Shown: piece after piece, positions 25,363-32,000 of the stretch
How positions within the stretch are numbered: position 1 is the first letter of the stretch
Layout of the letters: each line of letters begins with the position of its first letter
From: Raphidiopsis brookii D9
GTDB taxonomy: Bacteria > Cyanobacteriota > Cyanobacteriia > Cyanobacteriales > Nostocaceae
Reading direction: 5' to 3'
Length of the DNA stretch: 32,000 bases
Assembly (NCBI GenBank): GCA_000175855.1
Contig: ACYB01000001.1
Span: forward strand, 5,576-37,575
The notes under the pieces: generated by a model
What the model saw: only the letters and a program-made list of their open reading frames with translations
Told to the model about the DNA's origin: nothing
The model's database searches: none
Position numbers and translations under genes: made by a program

Positions 25363-26517
25363 ATGAAATTAATTTGCTCTCAAAGCGATCTTAGTACCAA
25401 TCTCGCCCTGGTCAGTCGTGCAGTGCCATCTAGACCCACCCATCCCATATTAGCTAATGTACTTTTGCAAGCAGATGAAAATACGAACCAAGTTAGTTTA
25501 ACAGCTTTTGATTTAAGCTTAGGTATTCGTACCAGTTTCACTGCGGAGGTAATAGAAGGTGGAGCAATTGCTCTCCCTGCTAAAATCTTAGTGGATATTA
25601 CTTCCCGCTTACCAGAGGGGGATATTACCCTAGATAACCAGTCGGGGAGATCTAAGGCTAAGGCAGAAGGTATAAATTTTATTCTAAAGCCCAAAAATGG
25701 TAAGTACGAACTGCGGTCCATGGGGGCAGAAGAATTTCCCGAATTACCCCTAATTGAGAATTCCAATGCCATTCAACTGACTACTGCGGCTCTAGTTGAG
25801 GGTTTAAAAGGTTCATTATTTGCTACTAGTAGTGATGAAACCAAGCAGGTTCTAACAGGGGTACATTTAACAGTTAAACAAGATGTTTTAGAATTTGCAG
25901 CTACGGATGGACATCGGCTAGCAGTGTTAGAAACCATTAATGAACGCCCCCTAGAAAATGATGAACAACTAGAAGTGACCGTACCTGCCAGGGCATTACG
26001 AGAACTACAGAGGATGCTAAATCATAGCGCTTCAGAAGAAGCAGTGTCTTTGTACTTAGACGAAGGTCAAATAGTATTTGCTTGGCAAAATCAACGTTTA
26101 ACTAGTCGCACCTTGGAGGGTCAATACCCTTCCTATAGACAATTAATACCTCGTCAGTTTGAAAGACAACTGGTGTTAGAAAGAAAACAATTTATTAGCA
26201 CTTTGGAACGAATTGCCATACTAGCTGACCAGAAAAATAATATTGTTAAAATCAATATTAATACTGGAGACCAGGAAATTACTTTATCATGTGAGGCTCA
26301 AGATGTAGGTAATGCTACTGAGTCTATGCCCGCACAAATTTCCGGAGAAGACATTGTTATTGCTTTTAATGTCAAATATTTACTAGAAGGACTCAAAGAA
26401 TTGCCATCCACAGAAATTCAGATGCACTTGAATCAAAGTCTAACTCCGGTGATTTTTACCCCGTTAGGTGGTTTAAAGATGACCTATTTGGCTATGCCCG
26501 TACAGTTAAGAAATTAA
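25363..26517 (+). CDS. dnaN: DNA polymerase III beta sliding clamp
   Basis: MKLICSQSDLSTNLALVSRAVPSRPTHPILANVLL... with a three-domain length and an ending of ...PVIFTP...MTYLAMPVQLR. The start is the ATG at 25363. The track uses an upstream GTG at 25351. Confidence 0.92.
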   Translation: MKLICSQSDLSTNLALVSRAVPSRPTHPILANVLLQADENTNQVSLTAFDLSLGIRTSFTAEVIEGGAIALPAKILVDITSRLPEGDITLDNQSGRSKAKAEGINFILKPKNGKYELRSMGAEEFPELPLIENSNAIQLTTAALVEGLKGSLFATSSDETKQVLTGVHLTVKQDVLEFAATDGHRLAVLETINERPLENDEQLEVTVPARALRELQRMLNHSASEEAVSLYLDEGQIVFAWQNQRLTSRTLEGQYPSYRQLIPRQFERQLVLERKQFISTLERIAILADQKNNIVKININTGDQEITLSCEAQDVGNATESMPAQISGEDIVIAFNVKYLLEGLKELPSTEIQMHLNQSLTPVIFTPLGGLKMTYLAMPVQLRN

Positions 26518-26653
26518 GCGGGTCTGCACTCAGTCAGCCTTGAGATTATCCAAAGAAATAATTTGGCAATCAATTACGCACAATCCTAATGACTATGATA
26601 TAGTCTTAACAGATTGTTACCAAACTGTCACAAACCCCACGTCAAAAATTGGA

Positions 26654-26659
26654 TATAAT
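26654..26659 (+). promoter_or_regulatory. Candidate -10 box (TATAAT) of the prx promoter
   Basis: A consensus tataat lies 27 nt upstream of the prx ATG. AAGGAG is the ribosome-binding site at 26670-26675. Confidence 0.35.
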
Positions 26660-26685
26660 ATAAGATTGAAGGAGAAGTAACTCAA

Positions 26686-27282
26686 ATGACACTCACTAGT
26701 CTTCGTGTTGGCCAACAAGCTCCCGACTTTGAGGCAACCGCTGTAGTAGACCAAGAATTTAAAAATATCAAAATTGCCGACTATCGTGGCAAGTATGTGG
26801 TCTTGTTTTTCTACCCTCTAGACTTTACCTTTGTTTGTCCCACCGAGATCACGGCATTTAGCGATCGCTACGAAGAGTTTAAGAAATTGAACACAGAGGT
26901 ATTAGGTATTTCTGTGGATAGTGAATTTTCTCACTTGGCGTGGATTCAAGCAGACCGCAAATCTGGTGGTGTGGGTGATTTAAACTATCCCCTGGTTTCG
27001 GATATTAAAAAAGAAATTAGCACTGCTTACAACGTTCTGGATCCCGATGCGGGGATTGCTTTGCGTGGTTTGTTTATCATTGACAAAGATGGAGTTATTC
27101 AACACGCCACTATAAATAACTTGGCTTTTGGTCGTAGCGTAGATGAAACTTTACGTGTATTACAAGCAGTTCAGCACGTACAATCCCATCCCGATGAAGT
27201 TTGTCCAGCTGGCTGGCAACCGGGAGAAAAGACCATGATTCCCGATCCTGTAAAGTCTAAGGTGTACTTCGCAGCAGTATAA
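26686..27282 (+). CDS. Typical 2-Cys peroxiredoxin (BAS1/AhpC-type)
   Basis: The peroxidatic Cys is in [15 protein letters not shown] and the resolving Cys is in EVCPAGW. Confidence 0.92.
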   Translation: MTLTSLRVGQQAPDFEATAVVDQEFKNIKIADYRGKYVVLFFYPLDFTFVCPTEITAFSDRYEEFKKLNTEVLGISVDSEFSHLAWIQADRKSGGVGDLNYPLVSDIKKEISTAYNVLDPDAGIALRGLFIIDKDGVIQHATINNLAFGRSVDETLRVLQAVQHVQSHPDEVCPAGWQPGEKTMIPDPVKSKVYFAAV

Positions 27283-27291
27283 AGTGAAACA

Positions 27292-27330
27292 AACCAGCGG
27301 AGGGATTTTTCCCAACTGCTGGTTGTTTTT
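27292..27330. terminator. Hairpin terminator between convergent genes
   Basis: aaccagc (27292-27298) pairs with gctggtt (27318-27324), with an inner ggga/tccc pairing, followed by gttttt. Confidence 0.55.
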
Positions 27331-27351
27331 GGACAGAGTTCTATCCTTAAC

Positions 27352-28029
27352 TTATGTGATAGCTTTTCTCAATTGCTTGAGAGTATTACCAATACCGACA
27401 AAACTTTGGTCTTGAGACAGACGTTTGAGAGTTGGCGGATTGCTTTCGATAACAATACCGTTGTAAGCATTAATAGCAGCACTAAGTTTATTAATATTAA
27501 CGCTGAATGCTGCACCTGCTTGTGCCACCGTAGTATTATCTTTCAGATTCTTAGCGCCAACCAACATAGCACTTGGCAAAGACCCAGTCGAAGGTGAGAA
27601 TAAACCATTAAGAGCATTTACCAAGGCTGCTGCTAGCTGTGGACTAATACCAGCGGTTGTCAGAGTAGCTGTAATTTGTGCAGCTGCTTCCTGAGATCCT
27701 GCACCCCCAGTCAGCAGTGAAGACAGGGCTGCGGTATTAGATGCGCCACCAAGAGATCCAAGTATACCAGGAACCAGCTGATTTAATGCTGCCTGAGCTT
27801 GAGGCGAAACGGCCGGTGGTGGTGGTTGTGAGGGAATTGATGGTCCTATTGGTAGTGGTAGTGGTACGTACGGTAATGTATTTCCACTGCTACCCCCCGG
27901 TTGTGTTTTGCCAATTGGTCCTGGTGATGCTTGGGGTGAGGCTTGAGCATCCCGATTGGTCAATTGCAAAGACGCTAATAAGAAGGGGAATAGGCTCAAG
28001 GCAAAAATGAGACTTTTGGGTTTTAACAT
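27352..28029 (-). CDS. Secreted Pro-rich / Ala-Gly-Ser-rich protein, unassigned
   Basis: Signal peptide MLKPKSLIFALSLFPFLLASLQ...AQA. This is followed by a proline-rich spacer, then an A/G/S/L-rich region and a C-terminal amphipathic segment. Confidence 0.55.
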   Translation of the reverse strand: MLKPKSLIFALSLFPFLLASLQLTNRDAQASPQASPGPIGKTQPGGSSGNTLPYVPLPLPIGPSIPSQPPPPAVSPQAQAALNQLVPGILGSLGGASNTAALSSLLTGGAGSQEAAAQITATLTTAGISPQLAAALVNALNGLFSPSTGSLPSAMLVGAKNLKDNTTVAQAGAAFSVNINKLSAAINAYNGIVIESNPPTLKRLSQDQSFVGIGNTLKQLRKAIT

Positions 28030-28050
28030 GATGATATCTACTAACTTATT

Positions 28051-29043
28051 TTACTTAGGTAAAAAATTGAAACCATAGCTGACGCTCAAAGAAAGTATGG
28101 TGCCACCAGGGCTATTATTAGTGATATCCGCACCCTGGGCTGTAATTATTAAAGGTATGGTGGGTACGGGAACATAGGAAGCACCAAGGTTAAAACCTAC
28201 TCCACTCCAACCGAAACCCACGCCCAATTGGGGTTCGACTTGCATACCCACACTGCCAAACACCCCTGTGCTAGCAAATCCTTGTCGGAATGGGCCACCG
28301 CCAGCACCGAAGGAAAAGGAGAAAGGCATTTTATTGACTTCATCATTTGGCTGCAACAGGGAGTAACTAGTAACCACACCGTAAACGCCAGAAGGGGTAA
28401 CACCATCAGTACCATACTGGGCAAAATAGTTCCAACCTGCGGCTACAGCTACCCGGTTATTGCCCTGAGCGTAGACAAGGCGGTGAACTTTCAGGTCAAA
28501 ACTGCCATTGGATCCAAATTTTCTAATACTATTATTGCTAAAACCCAATTCCAGGGCACCAAATTTACTAGAGTCCCCTATGCCAGCACCAACGTTGATA
28601 CCACCATCTATTGTATCTCTGAGTTTACCAGGGGTTGTTCCTGTTAGTCCTATAAAAACATCACCCGTATTAGCACCGAAAGCGCTCATACCTGCAAAAG
28701 TGAGACCAGGGGGATAAGTGGGTTTTTGCGAACCCATTGTTTCGGTTTTTACCAAAGGTTCGATTAGTAGTTCCTGGCGAATTCTTGTCACTTCTTCCGG
28801 ACTAATGTTTTCAGCCTGTGAAATCTTTTGTGGAGAAGCAATGGAGCTAGTTTCTTCAACGGAAATGGGAGTTAGGTTTAATAATTCTGCTGAAGGCTGA
28901 TCACCTTCTTTGGCCAAGGTTGAACCTGCGGATAGTGCTGCTGTTAAAAGTAAGCCAGGTATTGCTCCCCTAAGCAATAGTCTGTGCCATCTATCACGGG
29001 CTATGACTGAATACTTTATGTTATTCAAGGTATGACTCCTCAC
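28051..29043 (-). CDS. Putative small outer-membrane beta-barrel protein
   Basis: Signal-like LLLRGAIPGLLLTAALSAGSTLA/K. The C-terminal ~230 aa consist of Gly/aromatic-rich alternating strands (GALELGFSNN, FDLKVHRLVY, VAVAAGWNYFAQY, PFSFSFGAGG, LGVGFGWSGVGFNLGASY, ILSLSVSYGFNF). The track start is a GTG at 29043. A TTG at 29028, preceded by GAGGAG, is an alternative. Confidence 0.55.
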   Translation of the reverse strand: MRSHTLNNIKYSVIARDRWHRLLLRGAIPGLLLTAALSAGSTLAKEGDQPSAELLNLTPISVEETSSIASPQKISQAENISPEEVTRIRQELLIEPLVKTETMGSQKPTYPPGLTFAGMSAFGANTGDVFIGLTGTTPGKLRDTIDGGINVGAGIGDSSKFGALELGFSNNSIRKFGSNGSFDLKVHRLVYAQGNNRVAVAAGWNYFAQYGTDGVTPSGVYGVVTSYSLLQPNDEVNKMPFSFSFGAGGGPFRQGFASTGVFGSVGMQVEPQLGVGFGWSGVGFNLGASYVPVPTIPLIITAQGADITNNSPGGTILSLSVSYGFNFLPK

Positions 29044-29074
29044 TGGATGCTTTATAGCTGCAAGTTTGTGGACA

Positions 29075-29088
29075 AATGTCTAGACATT
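29075..29088. promoter_or_regulatory. Perfect 14-bp palindrome AATGTCTAGACATT upstream of the barrel gene
   Basis: Read directly from the sequence. It lies 32 nt upstream of the GTG start at 29043. Confidence 0.3.
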
Positions 29089-29282
29089 CCCCCAGACTAG
29101 TTAATATTAGATCTTAATATACAGTATCATGAAACCACTGATTCGCAAAGCTGCTAATTGTCAAGTTTTGTGTAAATTTTTGTTACCGTAGGGCAATCCT
29201 ACAAAGAATGAGCTGAGTGCTAAAAGCTACTAAAAGCTAGGAGTGATAATTGGCCCCGGGGGATCACCCAGAGCCAAAGATC

Positions 29283-31667
29283 TTAAATGCTCAATGTCAG
29301 AGCGAAAACTCCGTCATTGAAATCGTTGTTAGAGTATTGAGTGTAACTAACAGGTAAATCCTCAAATCCATAGACACCGTTACCATAGGAGCGGAAGTGA
29401 TGAGATCCGTCGGGATTAGCCGCGCCAAAGCTAAAATAGGCTACGGGTTCCTGAACAAATCTAGGTGCATTGTTAAATATGTCACCATTTTTTCCTTCAA
29501 TATCAACTAGGTTTCGGACATATTGAGGTGCAGCGCTAAACCGATTTATGTCTCCCTGTTCAGCAGCGACGAAATCTTCTATTCCTTGATTACCCGGGAA
29601 GTAGGTTCCTCCATTGGCAATGGCAAAGGGAGCGTACAATTTGCCTGCAAGAACTGAAACACCTGATCCCAATTGTGTTGCCGTGCTGGGAGTATCATTG
29701 CCACCAGCTCTCACTGCGAAGTTCTTAACTCTGGCAGTGGTGAGAGCATGAAGTGCATAATTGGCATCTTCTGGTTTTAAAGTCTTACCTTGGTCATCCT
29801 TTATTTCACCCTGACTATTCAGCACCTCATAGAGTCCAATTATGTGATTAAAGTTAGATTTAGTGCCGTTTTGAACACTTGTAACTTCATCCGGAGTGGC
29901 AGATCCTCTGTTTGTATCTAAAATTACATTTCCGTTGGATTGTGCTGTGAAAATCAAACCTGTAGAGATATTAACTTTGGGTGTAACTACATTGGGGTTG
30001 AAACGATTATCGTCAGTAAATTTGCTGATGAATGCATCATAGCCACTACCACTCTTGTTTTGCCCATCGAGGTTGCCGTCAGTTCCACCGCCAACATATA
30101 TGGAGCCATCTTTTCCAGTATTCAAGGTCCGGACAAAATCATTGCTAGGGGTAACTAACGTGTTTATCCAAGACTGAGTGCCATCAACATTGTACTTACT
30201 GATAAAGCGATCGGATGATTGTATTCGTATAAGATCATCACTACTGGGACTACTGAAGTTCCTACTGTAAGTGCCAGTAAACCCGCCCACATAGATAGAG
30301 TTATTACTGCTAGTGCTTGCAAGTCCAAAATTATCTTTATCATCACCTAATAACTTTGTCCAAATTTTTGTCCCACCAGGATCGTATTTGCTAAGAAATG
30401 CATCAAACAAACCATTATTGGTTTGACCATCCAAATTTCCATCGGTAGCGCCGCTAACATATACATACCCGAAACTGTCTACAGCTAAACTTGTAGCTAT
30501 GTCACTACTAGATGTCCCTAATAAGCGTGTCCAAACCCTAGTACCATCCGAAGTATATTTAGTGATAAATGCATCGCCAGAAAGGCCGGAAGAATCGCCA
30601 TTATAGTTTTCGCTATTCAGGTTACCTTGGGTAGAGCCAGCAGCATAGATGGATCCATCACTCCCAAGAACCACCGCATAAGCGAAATCATCACCACCAG
30701 TTGTCCCTAATGAGCGTCTCCAAACCAAATTACCATCCGAACTGTATTTAGCAATAACCGCATCATATTTAGGAATAACGGCATTAGAGGAACCGCTTTC
30801 ACGAGTTCCGCCTACAACATAAATAGAGCCGTCACTACCTGTGGTGATGGCTCGGCTGAGTATATCATAGGAACTAGTTCCAAGATTCTTCTTCCAAACC
30901 TGAGTCCCATCTTCTGGTTTATTTTTAGTGATAAACCCCCCTTCGTTAGCAACATAGATAGAGCCGTCACTACCTGTGGTGACGGTAGAGTAGTCTTTAG
31001 CGTATGGCTTCTTCCAAACCTGAGTCCCATCTGGTTTATATTTAGCGATAAACCCCTCGGTTGTAAGAGTAGAACCCACAACATAGACAGAGTCATCAGT
31101 TCCCATAGCCAATCCGGTAGCAACTTCATTACTACCAACATTACCTAATAGTCTCGTCCAGTCTGGGGGATTTGTATTCTGTTCTACCTCTACTCCTTTG
31201 CCATCAATAGTTACCACGACCCGATCATCTTCTGCTTTTAACCGATCAATCTCATCCTTATTCAACTTTTTATCCGTCACCAAACCAGCAAAATATTCTC
31301 CCTCATCACCGGGAGTATCTATTTGATTAATCCTGCTATCAACAAAATGCCCTATTTCTTCTATAAGCACTTCTCTGATTTTTGATGATGTGCCATTTTC
31401 CATCAAATTGCTTGATAGATAAATCCTGTTCTCACTCGATGAGTAAGCACCATTAGCACTACCTAAAATGCTGCTATCTAAAATCTCTATTTCCGGTAAC
31501 TGGCTAAAATCCCCTATTTGCCACTGCGATCGCAGGATTTCCGCATTTTTTCTATTATATTCTGTGCCAAATGCTGCATACAAATACTCCCAGAAATCAC
31601 TTGATAAAGAGAAAACCCAGAGTTGGTTTAATGCACTATTTAATGCCTGATTAGTTATTTTTGTCAC
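29283..31667 (-). CDS. Large leaderless exoprotein candidate: N-terminal EEIGH...DTPGDEG module, SBBP beta-propeller repeats, C-terminal DUF4114-like domain
   Basis: GTG start at 31667 and no signal peptide. There are at least 8 repeats of the type (Y/K)xxDGTxxWxxxLGT....A.A...GSDGSIYV(V/A)G, which is the SBBP pattern. The C-terminus ...FSFGAANPDGSHHFRSYGNGVYGFEDLP...NDFNDGVFALTL resembles DUF4114. Confidence 0.75.
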   Translation of the reverse strand: MTKITNQALNSALNQLWVFSLSSDFWEYLYAAFGTEYNRKNAEILRSQWQIGDFSQLPEIEILDSSILGSANGAYSSSENRIYLSSNLMENGTSSKIREVLIEEIGHFVDSRINQIDTPGDEGEYFAGLVTDKKLNKDEIDRLKAEDDRVVVTIDGKGVEVEQNTNPPDWTRLLGNVGSNEVATGLAMGTDDSVYVVGSTLTTEGFIAKYKPDGTQVWKKPYAKDYSTVTTGSDGSIYVANEGGFITKNKPEDGTQVWKKNLGTSSYDILSRAITTGSDGSIYVVGGTRESGSSNAVIPKYDAVIAKYSSDGNLVWRRSLGTTGGDDFAYAVVLGSDGSIYAAGSTQGNLNSENYNGDSSGLSGDAFITKYTSDGTRVWTRLLGTSSSDIATSLAVDSFGYVYVSGATDGNLDGQTNNGLFDAFLSKYDPGGTKIWTKLLGDDKDNFGLASTSSNNSIYVGGFTGTYSRNFSSPSSDDLIRIQSSDRFISKYNVDGTQSWINTLVTPSNDFVRTLNTGKDGSIYVGGGTDGNLDGQNKSGSGYDAFISKFTDDNRFNPNVVTPKVNISTGLIFTAQSNGNVILDTNRGSATPDEVTSVQNGTKSNFNHIIGLYEVLNSQGEIKDDQGKTLKPEDANYALHALTTARVKNFAVRAGGNDTPSTATQLGSGVSVLAGKLYAPFAIANGGTYFPGNQGIEDFVAAEQGDINRFSAAPQYVRNLVDIEGKNGDIFNNAPRFVQEPVAYFSFGAANPDGSHHFRSYGNGVYGFEDLPVSYTQYSNNDFNDGVFALTLSI

Positions 31668-32000
31668 GGTCTAAAACCTCACACAATAGTTTTTTAAGTC
31701 ACTTGAAAGTGTAAATTCCAACAAAACTACTTACCTTCCAAAAGAATCAGCACGTTGAAGGTTAACCTCCATGGGCCTTTTCTCATCGGATCGGCAAAAA
31801 CAGACAAATCTAGTATACTAACAGCGTACCATAAAAATTCTCCCAGCAATTATAACACTTATTTGTATTTGAAGTAAACAATATATAATACATTCTCATC
31901 ATAAATGGAATAAAAAAATTAAGTTCTCCTTCAAAAGGGGGAGTTTTAGACTAAACATGATCTATAGTGATAGTGGCAGATTTATATTTTAAAGTTTTTT

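Noticed and set aside
25380-25772. 130-aa minus-strand ORF
   Set aside because: It is antisense within dnaN and is a shadow ORF.
28228-28647. 139-aa plus-strand ORF (plus the ORFs at 28508-28717 and 28718-28900)
   Set aside because: They are antisense to the Gly-rich barrel gene, with no start context or motifs. The minus-strand frame has a signal peptide and a coherent strand pattern.
1-32000. Search for tRNA, rRNA, tmRNA, transposase/IS ends, integrase or att sites flanking the BREX patch
   Set aside because: None were recognised in any intergenic gap. The right-hand boundary of the accessory patch shows only a gene remnant (5246-5395), and the left boundary is outside the window.

Overview
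This looks like a cyanobacterial chromosome segment, probably from a filamentous Nostocales-type genome. The evidence is about nine HIP1 GCGATCGC octamers (for example near 102, 4010, 7127, 9768, 14450, 20120, 26870 and 31537), two DUF29 genes, a GUN4-domain gene, a cyanobacterial-type S1 protein and a 2-Cys peroxiredoxin. I support about 30 protein-coding genes. I recognised no rRNA, tRNA, CRISPR array, transposase or integrase.

Left end (1-3970, minus strand): this is the front of a BREX phage-exclusion operon. brxB is complete. brxC is 1127 codons long and open-ended, so it is absent from the supplied ORF track. The rest of the operon lies outside the window. The canonical first gene brxA is missing. 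In its place is a 640-bp non-coding leader containing a 50-aa ORF, two hairpin-capable direct repeats and a consensus-like promoter on the opposite strand.

Next to BREX (4612-7667, plus strand): queE, a PD-(D/E)XK gene remnant, an AlbA_2/HATPase_c_4 (Schlafen-like) protein and two tandem DUF29 genes.

The rest is mostly core housekeeping: dnaX, rpsA, folK, a Nudix hydrolase, a class A PBP, rsmB, def, htrA, dnaN and 2-Cys prx.

Items among the core genes that I could not place:
- An orphan PstB paralog with degenerate catalytic motifs.
- A class A PBP whose C-terminal tail carries a 72-bp tandem repeat encoding hepta-arginine blocks.
- A two-gene pair: a DUF1517-like soluble protein plus a lipoprotein with an Arg/Ser/Gly tail.
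- A three-gene envelope cluster at 27352-31667: a leaderless SBBP/DUF4114 giant protein, a small beta-barrel protein and a secreted Ala/Pro-rich protein.

All family assignments come from motif recognition by eye. No searches were run.
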